A stretch of DNA of 64,000 bases from Octopus sinensis (GCF_006345805.1 NC_042997.1:112158001-112222000), one strand, 5' to 3'; counted from the stretch's first letter, positions 24,837 through 37,153 are shown. The notes: generated by a model from the letters alone, not told the origin. Numbers and translations: made by a program.

Positions 24837-25115
24837 TATAATCAAAATAAGCAACAAGTATATCTTCGGTAATTTGGTACGATCGTTTCATGCTACTTCA
24901 TTTTATTAAGTATTGTAACTATTACATCAGTTTTAAAATGTTGAGCAATCTTCAGCCATTTATAGAAGTCTTCCATCAAATGGACAATACATATACTTAT
25001 TTCCAAATTACCAAAGATATACTTGTTGCTTATTTTGATTATAATCACCCAATGGATTTATATGGATAATACCATACAAAATTCTGGTGCCTCTGACTTA
25101 AGTACCATATTCATC
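24837..25115. mobile_element. Fold-back element with hammerhead motif (same family as 33766-34190)
   Basis: 40-bp inverted arms at 24837-24877 and 25003-25042. The tail tatggataatacc...aaattctggtgcctc...cttaagtacc is shared with 34135-34190. Confidence 0.75.
24873..24960 (-). ncRNA. Putative minimal type-I hammerhead ribozyme
   Basis: The minus strand reads tgg-CTGAAGA-t-tgct..catttta...taaaatg..agca-t-GAAAC-GATC-GTA-cca. The core is canonical, helix III is the perfect palindrome ACGATCGT, and the cleavage triplet is GUA. Confidence 0.65.
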
Positions 25116-25148
25116 TGGCTCTAAATTTTGCTGAACTTATATATATAT

Positions 25149-26175
25149 CATCATCATCATCATCATCATTTAAGGTCCGCTTTCCATGCTAGCATGGGTT
25201 GGATGGTTCAACTGGGGTCTGGGAAGCCAGAAGGCTGCACCAGGCCCAGTCTGATCTGGCAGTGTTTCTACGGCTGGATGCCCTTCCTAACGCCAACCAC
25301 TCCGTGAGTGTAGTGGGTGTTCTTTACGTGCCACCCGCACAGGTGCCAGACGGGGCTGGCAAACGGCCACGGACGGATGGTGCTTTTTACGTGCCACCGG
25401 CATGGGGACCAGGCAAGGCTGGCAACGGCCACGATCAGATGGTGCTTTTTACGTGCCACCGGCACGGGGGCCAGTCGGGGCGGTGCTGGCAATGGACATG
25501 GTTGGGTGGTAATTTTTATGTGCCACCGGCACGGGAGCCAGGCGAGGCTGGCAACGGCCACGATCGGATGGTGTTTTTTACATGCCAGCGGCACGGAGGC
25601 CAGTTGGGGCGGCGCTGGCCACAGCCACTATCGGATGGTACGCTTACGTGTCACCGGCACTGGTATCGCAGCTGCAATTTCCATTGATGTTGATCGACTT
25701 CGATTTTGGTTCTGATTTCTGATTTGATTTGATTTCATTTCATTTTGATTTTGATTTCCGATTTCCACTTGCCTCAACGGGTCTTCACAAGTGGGGTTTT
25801 GTGTCCCAAGAAGGAAAGGTATGCATAAGTCGACTGGCTACATCCCAGGTAGAGGCCACGGGTAATGGTCTCACTAGTCCTGCCAAGTCTTCTCACGCAC
25901 AGCATACTTCCATAGGTCTCGGTCTCTAGTCATTTCCTCAGTGAAACCTAAAGTTCGAAGGTCGTGCTTCACCACCTTGTCCCAGGTTTTCCTGGGTGTG
26001 CCTCTTCCACAGGTTCCCTCAACCGCTAGGGTGTGGCACTTTTACACACAGCTATCTTCATCCATTCTCGCCACATGACCATACCAGCGCAAACGTCTCT
26101 CTTGCACACCACATCTGATGCTTCTTAGGTCCAGCTTTTCTCTCAAGGTACTTACACTCTGTCGAGTATGAACAG
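25149..26175 (-). mobile_element. RTE LINE, 5'-truncated (RT C-terminus, repeat-rich 3' UTR and (ATG)n tail)
   Basis: The minus strand reads HTRQSVSTLREKLDLRSIRCGVQERRLRWYGHVARMDEDSCV*KCHTLAVEGTCGRGTPRKTWDKVVKHDL, with one premature stop. Confidence 0.9.
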
Positions 26176-26176
26176 A

Positions 26177-26224
<48 letters not shown>

Positions 26225-26230
26225 GAGTCT

Positions 26231-26371
26231 GTTTATGTTTGAAGGGCATCCAGCTGTAGAAACACTGCCAGATTTGACTGGGCCTGATGAAGCCTTCTGG
26301 CTTCACAGACCCCAGTAGAACCGTCCAACCTATGCTAGCATGGAAAACGACGCTAAACGATGATGATGATG
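26231..26371 (+). mobile_element. Very short 5'-truncated RTE insertion with 18-bp TSD
   Basis: atatgtatatatgagtct at 26213-26230 and 26372-26389 flanks the RTE 3' tip and (gat)n tail. Confidence 0.85.
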
Positions 26372-26859
26372 ATATGTATATATGAGTCTATGCCCCACCA
26401 CTGCTTGATAACCGGTATTGGTTTGTTTACATCCCTGAAACAAAGCGGGTTGGTAAAAGAGACCAGTAGAATAAGTACCAGGATTTTTTTAAAAATAAGG
26501 GATTGATTTGTTTGGGTAAAACACCTCAAGGCGGTGCCCCAGCATGGCCACAGTCTAGTGACTGAAACAAGTAAAAGATAAAAAGACAAAAGATGTGCCA
26601 GGATCTCCTTCCTGACTCTTGAGGTACTTTCAACAGTTGACTAAAGCAATACAGCTGTAAGTTATATATGTGCAACCCTGCAGTGTGTATATATGTGTAT
26701 ATATATATATAAGCACACAGTCTGTTGATGGGTGTATATAATGTAATATTGATCTGCTGGCATCTGCCATGAGGAAACTAATAAGTATCAATGGGGAGAA
26801 TTTACAACTATAAATCAACAACAGCTCATGCATCAAAGGGGACTTGTGAAATATTGTTG

Positions 26860-27380
26860 TGTTGGAGGTGGGGGTGATGGCGGTGGCAGTGGTGACGGTG
26901 GTGGTTGTGATGGTGGTGGCAGTGGCAGCGGTTGCAGTGATAGTGGTGGTGGTGGTGGTGGTGGCGGCAGTAGCAGTGGTGGGGGACGACAGCGGTGGTG
27001 GTAGCAGTGGTAACAGTGATGGTGACCGTGGTGACGGCGGCGGCAGCGGCAGTGGAAGTGGTAACAGTGTTGGTGGTTGTGGTGGTGGCGGCGGCGGCGG
27101 AGGCACTGGTGGAGGTGGTAGTGGTGGTGGTAGTGGTGGTGGTGTGGATAGTAGAAATAGTAGTTCGAGCGTGAAAAGTGGTTGCGGTAGAAGGAAGAGA
27201 AGTATTAGAGTGGTTCTTATCTTCTCTGAGTACTGGCCAAATCGTGTATTAACTGCAGATATAAGGTTACTTATGATGATGATGATGATGATGATGATGA
27301 GGATGATGATGATGGTGATGGTGATGGTGATGGTGATGATAATGATGATGATGATGATGATGGTGATGGTGATGATGAAA
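26860..27380. repeat. (GGT)/(GGC)/(GAT)n trinucleotide mosaic
   Basis: Seen directly in the sequence. Confidence 0.9.
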
Positions 27381-27952
27381 ATTGTGGTTTTGGTGTTGTT
27401 GTTTAGCCCAAGGTCAGCCTAGGCTGAGCAAACCTATGATCAAAACCCAATCATCCTAGGCCATCCCTTCCATCTTGTATGTTTTTTAATTGTTTTCAGT
27501 CGCTGGAGTGTGGCCATTCTACAGCATCACCTTGAAGTTGTTTTAGCCGAACCAGTTGACGCTTAGTACTGATTCTTTCTAAGTCAGGTGCTATTCTGTT
27601 GGTCGCATTTTGCTGAATTGCTGAAGTTATGGGGGATATAAACAAACCGACACTGGTTGTCACATTCTGTTGTGAGGACAAAGGCGCACACAAAGATGCA
27701 CATAGACACACACACACCTAAATATATACACATATATACATACATGTGCTTTTCTATTCTGTTATTCTTTTACTTGTTTCAGTCATTTGACTCTGGTCAT
27801 GCTGGAGCACTGCATTGACACTCCCCCCACCGGACTTATTTCTTAAGCTTAGTATTTATTCTGTTGGTCTCATTTGCCAAACCACTAGGATATGGGAACA
27901 TACAAGCACCAGCTGTCAAGTGATGGTGGGGGGACAAACACAGACACATAGA

Positions 27953-27996
<44 letters not shown>

Positions 27997-28004
27997 CGTA
28001 TATT

Positions 28005-28420
28005 CTTTTACTTGTTTCAGTCAATGCGGCCATGCTGGAGCACCGCTTTTAGTCGAACAATTCGACCCCAGGACTTATTCTTTGTAAGCCTAGTACTTAT
28101 TCTATTGGTTTCTTTTGTTGAACTGCTAGGTTATGGGGACGTAAACACACCAACATCGGTTGTCAAGCAATGGTGGTGGGGACAATCACAGACACACAAA
28201 CATAAACACACACACACATATGTATATACATATATATGTATGTGTGTGTGTGTTTATATATATATATATATACATACACATATATATACGACAGGCTTCT
28301 TTCAGTTTCCGTCTACTAAATCCTTTGGTTGACCTGAGGCTATAGTAGAAGACACTTGCTCAAGGTGTGGAACTGAACTCAGAACCATGTGATTGGAAAG
28401 CAAGCTTCTTATCACACAGC
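28005..28420 (-). mobile_element. CORE-type SINE copy
   Basis: Matches the family consensus. Other copies at about 30580-31010, 39605-39830 and 40508-40875. Confidence 0.75.
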
Positions 28421-28580
28421 CATGGGCTTCTTTCAGTTTCCCATTTCCAAATCCATTTACAAGACTTTGGTCAGCCTGAGGCTGTAGTAGAAGACACCTG
28501 ACCAAGGTGCCACACAATGAGACTGAACCTGGAACCACGTGGTTGGGAAGCAAGCTTCTTATCACACAGCCACTCCTGCA

Positions 28581-28662
<82 letters not shown>

Positions 28663-28864
28663 GCACTGATCACTTCCCAACACCTACACCATCATCCACA
28701 CACCTACATATGCACACACGCACACATCAATGACACCAGCCCCCTTCTACATGCACATGCATGCTCTCACGTACACATGCACATGCACCTTCGTTTTTGG
28801 ATCACCACTACTTCATTATCTCCCCTTCATCCTAGCTCTTCTGTGTGACCCCTCTGCCGGCATT

Positions 28865-29050
28865 TGCCATGATAGATCGCTAGCCACTAAACCTTTTTCT
28901 ATTTTCTCTCCTTGTTTATTTCTGTGTTTCTTTCTGTTGAAGAGTGTAGTCTTGAAACGTAAAAGACTTTCTCACTTCCTTGAGCGTTAAACCAATAAAT
29001 CTGTTTGTTTTGTACACACCCATCTTCGTCTTTTGTTTTTTTGTAAATTC
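28865..29050 (+). mobile_element. Family E hammerhead-like repeat
   Basis: cttt-CTGTTGA-agagtgtagtctt-GAAACGTA-aaag. Confidence 0.6.
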
Positions 29051-29056
29051 TCACTA

Positions 29057-29900
29057 TGCATCAGTTGTGGTGTGCAAGAGAGACGTTTGCGCTGGTATGG
29101 TCATGTGGCGAGAATGGATGAAGATAGTTGTGTGAAAAAGTGCCACACCCTAGCGGTTGAGGGAACCTGTGGAAGAGGCAGACCCAGGAAAACCTGGGAC
29201 GAGGTGGTGAAGCACGACCTTCGAACTTTAGTTCTCACTGAGGAAATGACTAGAGACCGAGACCTCTGGAAGTGTGCTGTGCGTGAGAAGACCCGGCAGG
29301 ACAAGTGAGTCCACAACCCGTGGCCTTCTACATGGGATGGAGCCAGCCTACGTATGCATACCTTCCCTTCTTGGGACACAAAACTCTACTTGTGAAGACG
29401 TGTTGAGGCAAGTGAGGATCAGAATCGAAATGATCAATGGAAATTGCGGATGTGCTACCAGTGCCGGTGGCATGTCGAAACTCTGCTTGTGAAGACCCAT
29501 TGAGGCAAGTGAGGATCAGAATCGAAATCGATCAATGGAAATTGCAGATGTGTTACCAGTGCCGGTGGCATGTAAGAGAACTTTCCGTTTCGCGACCGTT
29601 GCCAGCACCGCCCCGTTTCGTGTCCGTTGCCAGCCTCGCCTGGCCCTCGTGCCGGTGGCACATAAAAAGCACCATCCGTTCGTGGCCGTTTGCCAGCTCT
29701 GTCTGGCACCAGTGCGGGTGGCACGTAAAAAGCACCCACTACACTCACGGAGTGGTTGGCGTTAGGAAGGGCATCCAGCCGTAGAAACACTGCCAGATTT
29801 GACTGGGCCTGATGAAGCCTTCTGGCTTCACAGACCCCAGTAGAACCGTCCAACCCATGCTAGCATGGAAAACGGACGCTAAATGATGATGATGATGATG
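29057..29900 (+). mobile_element. RTE LINE, 5'-truncated
   Basis: GVQERRLRWYGHVARMDEDSCVKKCHTLAVEGTCGRGRPRKTWDEVVKHDLRTL...DRDLWK is uninterrupted to the stop at 29308. It is followed by the UTR repeats and an (atg)n tail. Confidence 0.92.
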
Positions 29901-29932
<32 letters not shown>

Positions 29933-29968
29933 TATATATATATAATATCATCATCATCAACATCATCC

Positions 29969-30002
<34 letters not shown>

Positions 30003-30273
30003 TTAACGTCCGTTGTCCATGGCATGGGTTGGACAGTTTGACCAGAGCTGGTAAGCTGGAAGGCTGAACCAGACTCCAGTCTGATTTGGCTTGGGTTTCT
30101 ACGACTGGATGCCCTTCTTAATGCCAACCACTCCAAGAGTGTAATGGGTATTTTATGGGCCTCCAGCATGGGTGCCATTTGCGTGACACCAGTATCTGCC
30201 ACAACTGTGATTTTGCTTGGCTTGATGGGTCTTCTTCTCATGCACAACATAATGCCAAAGGTCTTGTCATTGC

Positions 30274-30306
<33 letters not shown>

Positions 30307-32400
30307 CATACAATGGGCTTCCACACAACTTCTGTCCTCCAAATTCACAAACAAGGCATCAGTTGGTCTAGGTCTACAGTAGGAGACACTTGTCCAATGT
30401 GCCACTAGCAGTGCAACTGAACCCCAAATCACAAGTTTGTAAAGCAAGTTTCAAACCTGTCCCTATTCTACACATCCTTCAAACAGTGGAGTGTATATAA
30501 TTTGATGGAGATTTGGCTGTTATTTCTAGCTGATTAACCATACAGCCTCACCTATGCCTTTTTATTTCTTTCCTTTTTTAACTTGTTTCTGTCATTAGAC
30601 TGCGGCCATGCTGGGGCACCGCCTTGAAGAATTTTTAGTTGAATATATCAACCCCTGTACTTGTTTCCTTTTATTTTAAAGCTTGGGGCTTATTTTATCA
30701 ATCTCTTTTTGTCAAAGTGCTAAGTTATAGGGACATAAACACACCAACATCAGTTATTAAGTGGTGGCGGGGGACAAACCAGACACAAAGACACACATAC
30801 GTGCATGTATACACACACACACACACAACCACACATACATATATATACGACAGGCTTCTTTCAGTTTCCTTCTGCCAAATCCACTCACAGGGCTTTGGGT
30901 CAGCTTTGAGGCTATAGTAAAAGACACTTGCCTAAGGTTCCACACAGTGAGATTGAACCCAGAACCATGTGGTTGGGAAGCAAACTTCTTGTCACACAGC
31001 CACACCTGCACCTATTTATTTATTTATTTAATTATTTAAATATTTTTCTACTTTTCTCTCGACTAGTGTCCACTGGCTAACATCATCTAATAAACCATTT
31101 CTCTGAGACAGTAGGATGTGATTTGCAGGTGATTTAGCAGCTATTTCTTATTTCTTTATTACCCACGAGGGGCTAAACCTAGAGGGGACAAACAAGGACA
31201 GACAAAGGGATTAAGTCGATTACATCGATCCCAGTGTGTAACTGGTACTTAATTTATCGATCCCAAAAGGATGAAAGGCAAGGTCTACCTTCACGGAATT
31301 TGAGCTCAGAACGTTTACGGCAGACGAAATACTGATAAGCATTTTGCCTGGCATGCTAACGATTCTGCCAGCTCGCTGCCTTTAGCTGCTATTTCTAGCA
31401 GACCAAATGTCTGCATAGTGGTTTCCCTTGTTATGGCTAAATTAATGATTGTAGAAGCCACAGCAACAATTCTAGCTGCGTTAAGTGGTCGTTACCATTG
31501 TAACTCGTTAGTATTCCTGGCTGACCAAACAGCAGTATTAGCGACAAGGTCTGGTCAAGTGGAGTTGACCAGAGAACAGAGAAAATCGGGTGGGGGAGTG
31601 GGTGGCTACTCTACAACCATAACGGCTGCTGCTGTTGCTGCAACGTCTGCTGCTGCTGCTACTACTACTACTACTACAGTGGTGTATCTAAACTTCTATC
31701 AGAGCTGCTACTACTAATACTACTACCACTACCACCACCACCATTACTGCTGCTGCTGCTACTAGCACTATAGTACTATATCTAAACTACCATTAGAGCT
31801 GTTACTACAATTAGTACCACTGCCACCACCACCAGCACACCACCAGCACACTACCATCACCACCACTACCACTACCACCACCACCACCAGCACATCACCA
31901 CCACTACCACACCACCATCACCGCCACTATCAGCACACTGCCACCCTCACCACCACGACTACTAAACTACTACTACTACTACTACTTGAACATCTAGTAT
32001 AAGGCAATCAGTCCTGTCTTTTGCTATTTATATGAACAAAATATTAGTGTTGGTATTAAATGAGGTTAAATGTCTCATTCTGCAAGTTTTGGTTGGTTGC
32101 ACTGAGATGGTTGAGTGGGTAAGGTGCTGCACTACTAGCCCGTAGGGAGTGAGTTCAAATCTACTAGAGATTTTTTGTTGTTGTTTCTTAAAAACCAAAC
32201 TGGCTCATCAACCGTGTGGTCTTGAGTTCAGTTCTACTGTGTGGCACCTTGAGCAAGTGTTTTCTATTATAGCTTAGGGCTGACCAAGGCCTTGTGAGGG
32301 AATTTGGTAGCTGGAAACTGAAAGAAGCCCATATGTACACTTGTGTGCATATGTGTGTGTGTGTGAATACTTGTCTTAACATCATTTGATGGCTGTACAT

Positions 32401-33359
32401 CAGTAGTTCTCAAACTGGGGTCTGTGGTCCCTAGAAGTGATTTTAGGGGGACTATGAAGGGACACTAAAGTATTGTGAAAACAGGGTGGCTTGAGACAGT
32501 TAAGTTTAAAAATTTCAAAACTTTAAATTTTTTGCATGCTATCATCCTTTTTTGCTAATCACACTTGTTCAACAAGAGTGATTGGCAGATAGAAAATATG
32601 TGGGTATAATGGTTGATCGTGTACATGCTGTCGGTATTTTTCTTTTCACATTTGTTTTGTAACCAACTGATCAACTGATTCCCCATATTTTCACATGCAT
32701 TTATTGTATCCCAATAAGGCAGCAAGCTGGCAGAAACATTAGAACGCCAAGTGAAATGCTTAGCGGTATTTCATCTGCCGCTATGTTCTGAGTTCAAATT
32801 CCGCCAAGGTCGACTTTGCCTTTCATCCTTTTGGGGTCGATTAAATAAGTACCAGTTACACACTGGGGTCGATATAATCGATTTAATCCATTTATCTGTC
32901 CTTGTTTGTCTTCTCTGTGTTTAGCCCCTTGTGGGTCATAAAGAAATAGAAACAGGTATTTCGTCTGCCGCAACGTTCTGAGTTCAATTTCCGCTGAGGT
33001 CGACTTTGCCTTTCATCCTTTTGTGGTCGATTAAATAAGTACCAGTTACACACTGGGGTTGATATAATTGACTTAATTCCTTTGTCTGTCCTTGTTTGTC
33101 CCCTCTATGTTTAGCCCCCTGTAGGTAATAAAGAAATAATTTATTGTATCCCAATGAGGCACTGCCTGGATTAAGTTGTGGTTTTGGGGGTTGCAAGTCT
33201 ATGGGCAGTGCGGTTCATAGTCCAGAAATTATGGTACACGAATGTATGTCATTTTTCCCATGCTAATTATCCTGCATTTTATAGGGGACTGCGAATCATC
33301 GAAAAAAAACTATAAGGGGATCGGTACCTAAAATCTTTTGAAAAGTTTGCAAACCACTG
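32401..33359. mobile_element. hAT/Buster-type MITE interrupted by a SINE dimer
   Basis: Ends cagtagttctcaaac / gtttgcaaaccactg. The 8-bp flanks ctgtacat / ttgtactt match at 6 of 8 positions with a central TA. Confidence 0.6.
32716..33138 (+). mobile_element. SINE dimer with 17-bp TSD
   Basis: atttattgtatcccaat at 32699-32715 and 33139-33155. Confidence 0.9.
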
Positions 33360-33724
33360 TTGTACTTGAACATTATTGTCATACAAGCAATGTTGCTCAT
33401 TCCCTATCTTCTGTCAAGAGACCTGTCTAGCCACGGAGAAACTATTACCCTATTTGGAAACAAGTGAGGGCTGATGACAGGAAGGGCATCCAGCCACAGA
33501 AAATCTGATTCAAATTCTATTTGACCCATACAAGAATGATAAAGTGGACATTAAATGATGATGATGATGATGATGATGATGTAGCAAGCAGTTGGGGTCA
33601 GGATGAGGCATTGGAGAAATAAGCCTCATAGTAAAATAAATGGGCCCAACATAGTTAAAATTTGAGAAGTTTTGGTGGTCCACAAAGGTAGGATTTGGGG
33701 TTTGTGAACTAAATTCAAAATTTC

Positions 33725-33765
<41 letters not shown>

Positions 33766-33767
<2 letters not shown>

Positions 33768-34190
33768 ATCAAATTAAGCAACAGGATATCCAGAGGTAAT
33801 GCAGTACAATCGTTTCAAGCAACACCATTTAATTGAACAATGCAGTCATTTCATCAATTTAAATGCAGAGCAAGCTTCTAAGCTGAAGTGAAGACAGCAT
33901 GTTCTTTGTCTATCTCCTTACCTTCTTGGAGATTTTAAGTAAAATTATACAAATGTGTTCGTCTGTTTTAATTTAATTAAATTCTGTCTTTATGCAGCTG
34001 AGGATTGCTCTGCATTTAAATTGATGTAATGATTGCATTGTTCAATTGAATGGAGTCGCTTGAAACAATTGTACTGCATTACCTCTGGATATCCTTGTTG
34101 CATATTTTGATTTTAATCACCTTATTTTGAAACTGTATGGATAATACCGCATTAAATTCTGGTGCCTCATCTTAAGTACCTTATTCATCT
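33766..34190. mobile_element. Fold-back element (about 115-bp arms) with hammerhead motif
   Basis: 33766-33885 is the reverse complement of about 33995-34112. The 3' tail is shared with 25043-25115. Confidence 0.8.
33992..34079 (+). ncRNA. Putative minimal type-I hammerhead ribozyme
   Basis: atgcag-CTGAGGA(33998)...GAAAC(34062)-AATT-GTA-ctgcat. Helix I has 6 bp, helix III is the palindrome ACAATTGT, and the cleavage triplet is GUA. Confidence 0.7.
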
Positions 34191-34202
34191 GAATCTCTCT
34201 GC

Positions 34203-34259
<57 letters not shown>

Positions 34260-34584
34260 CATACACACACATATATATGTATGTATAGAGTATTAGGTGT
34301 GATGTACAGAATTGAATATTAAGAAAAAAAGTCGTCAGAATTTTGGAAAAAAATCCTTTCATTTCTTCATTATTATTAGCGCTTTCATTCCTCTCTAGAA
34401 CTTGTCAAATACAATTTTGTGAAAGTACAAACAACTTGTTCATTCATATAAAACAGATGTTTTTTGGGGGTTTTGTTTAGAAGAGAACTTTGTTTTTGTT
34501 TATTTTGGGTGAGGTTCCATAGAAATATAGGTAGGTAGGTAGATAGGCTGATAGACAGACAGACAGACAGACAGATAGATAGAC

Positions 34585-34627
<43 letters not shown>

Positions 34628-34769
34628 GATAGATAGATAGATACATTGAGAGATAAAGAGATAGATAGTCAGATGGGTAGAGGATAAGAGAGAGAAGGGG
34701 TATCCACCTTCCTATTCACCATTTATTTATTTAATTACATATATATATATACACACATATAAAGTCACC

Positions 34770-34950
34770 ATGATAGATCATTAGCCACTCCACACATTTT
34801 TTTTCTCTCCTTGTTTTTTTTGTGTCCCTTTCTGTAGAAGAGCATAGGCTCGAAACGTAAAAGACTTTTTCTATTCCTGAGCATTATACTAATACATCTG
34901 TTTGTTTTGTACACCACCTGTCTTTGTCTTTTGTTTTTTTCGTAAACTCT
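34770..34950 (+). mobile_element. Family E hammerhead-like repeat (best-preserved copy)
   Basis: cttt-CTGTAGA-a-gagc-atag-gctc-GAAACGTA-aaag at 34828-34863. Confidence 0.65.
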
Positions 34951-35015
<65 letters not shown>

Positions 35016-35416
35016 TAAGGATAAGCCTATTAAAAAGGGTCCGTGAGAAAACTTGTCTAAATAAAAGGGGCCCTTGGCAGTGAAAAGTTTGGGAACCACT
35101 GGTATAAACTATCAAAGATTGTTTACTTGGCTAACATCATCATCATTGTCATCATTTCATGTCTGTTTTCCATTCTGGCATGGGTTAGATGGTTTGAGTG
35201 GAACTGGTAAGCCAGAGACCTGCATCAGGCTCCACTCTGCTATGGTTTAGTTTCTATGGCTGGATGCCCTTCTTAATGCCCACCACTCCACAGAGTGTAC
35301 TAGGTGCACTTGACATGTCACCAGCACAGATAATATTTCTCACCTGAAGAGTAAAACCTTAAAACTTCTTATTTTATTCTCTTTGGTTTAAATCCGACCA
35401 GCTCCTACCAGTTTGT

Positions 35417-35580
35417 GTCAGTCACTGTCGAGGTCCCAGGTGTTCTTGGACCCTCCACTGCTGATTTCTTCCATAAAATCGGAATAAATGTAGCCCACCT
35501 GAGAAATGAGCCTCACATTGTGGGGGTGACTGCCGCAGCAAGTGTTGTTGGCCATTCTCCACAGCAACACCTTTACAATT
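35417..35580 (+). mobile_element. CRE/HERO-like REL LINE C-terminal fragment
   Basis: VTVEVPGVLGPSTADFFHKIGINVAHLRNEP resembles the PVAVE..G..GP....FL..LG..I pattern. Confidence 0.5.
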
Positions 35581-35849
35581 ATGTCTGCAAGGCACAGCTA
35601 AACACCATTTTTTTCAGGGGTGTACCATCCATTACTCCTTCTCCCCCACCATCTTCTGCTGCTCTTAATTCTACCCCTTTTTTTCTCGTTTTCTTTGCTA
35701 CCTAGGTGGGGTACTTTGAGGGTTTTTCCTCAATAATTTCATCTTTTACTCTTCTGAAGTGCTGTCTTTTTTGCTTCCTGTACAAATATATATTATTTAC
35801 ATTATTTACATTTGATCTTATTTATTAGGAATTGTATAAAAGGACAATT

Positions 35850-36295
35850 CAGTTCTATATTTAAGAAATGAGGAATTATGTACATTACTTACATTATTTA
35901 CATTATTTACATTTGATAGATATTTGTCCTCATCTTGTTTGTTGTTAACACGTTTTGGCTGATATACCCTCCAGCCTTCATCAGGTGTCTTGAGGAAATT
36001 TCGAACCTGGGTTCTCATTCCTAAGATATTGTTCGATGTTATTATTATTATTATTATTACTATTATTCTGGAATCGAACTCAGAATCTTGGAGTTAGTAC
36101 CCCGCACTCTTAACCACTGCGCCATATGTCCATGTCATATATAATAACATTGAAAAATACCTTAGGAATGAGAACCCAGGTTCGAAATTTCCCCAAGACA
36201 CCTGATGAAGCCGAAATGTTGTGTTAACAACAAACAAGATGAGGACAAATATCCGTCAAATGTAAATAATTCCTCATCTCTTAAATATAGAACTG
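35850..36295. mobile_element. Fold-back element (about 155-195-bp arms) with degenerate hammerheads and a tRNA-like SINE head in the loop
   Basis: 35850-36044 is the reverse complement of 36141-36295. CTGATGA occurs in both arms (35978-84 on minus, 36202-08 on plus). Confidence 0.8.
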
Positions 36296-36479
36296 TATTA
36301 GTTGTAAAAAATTAGTTGTTAAAATACTTTTCAATAAAAAAAAAACAAACAGAAAAAAAAAATTAATTAAGTGTAATGAATATAAGAGGTGGGGTGGGGG
36401 AGGAGGGTCAAAAGACTTTTTTTTTAGATGTTGGGTTTTTTTTTGGTTTGAAAATGTGAACTGATGCAAACTAACAACC

Positions 36480-36717
36480 AGTGACTGGGAGATGCATTAA
36501 TGTGCAACAGTAACAACAATAGCAGCAGCAACAGCAGCAGCAATGACAGCCACAATAGTAAGAGAAGGAGCTGCAGCAACAGCGACAAGAGCAAGAACAA
36601 CTGCTGCAGCAGCAACAACCACAAATGATAACACTAATGGCCATTGCAACAACAACGATAGCCACTGCCACCGCCACTGCCACCGCCACCACCACTAGTA
36701 CTACTACTACTACTTAA

Positions 36718-36761
<44 letters not shown>

Positions 36762-37122
36762 AGTGGTAGCAGTAAAAAAATCAGTAATTAGTGATTTTCG
36801 GATGATATTCAGGTGAGAATTACACTAACCAACAGTAGTATATTTTGTAGTGGTAACGGTGGTGGTGGTGGTGGTGGTAGTAGTGGTGGTGTCGCGGTGT
36901 CGGTGGTGGTGGAGGCGGCGGTGGTGTTAGTAGTGGTGGTGGTAGTAGTGGTGGTGGTAGTAGTGGTGTGGTAGTAGTGGTGATGGTGATGCTGGTGGTG
37001 GGGGGTAGTAGAAGTAGTGGTGGTGGTGGTGGTGGTAGTAGTAGTGGTGTTGGTGATGTTGGTGGTGGTAGTGGTGGTGGTGCTAGTAGAAGTGGTAATG
37101 GTGGTTGTGGTAGTAGTAGTGG

Positions 37123-37153
<31 letters not shown>

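Noticed and set aside
25290-25670. CRISPR-like repeat/spacer appearance (gtgccggtggcacgtaaaaagcacc units)
   Set aside because: The spacers are homologous to one another, the array lies in an RTE 3' UTR present in many dispersed copies, no cas genes are present, and the DNA is eukaryotic.
26859-27422. Gly/Val/Met-rich 187-aa ORF and similar poly-Ser/Pro/Asp/His ORFs at 36400-37960, 56300-56700 and 58240-58510
   Set aside because: These are trinucleotide-repeat mosaics with no splice or start context or domain signature.
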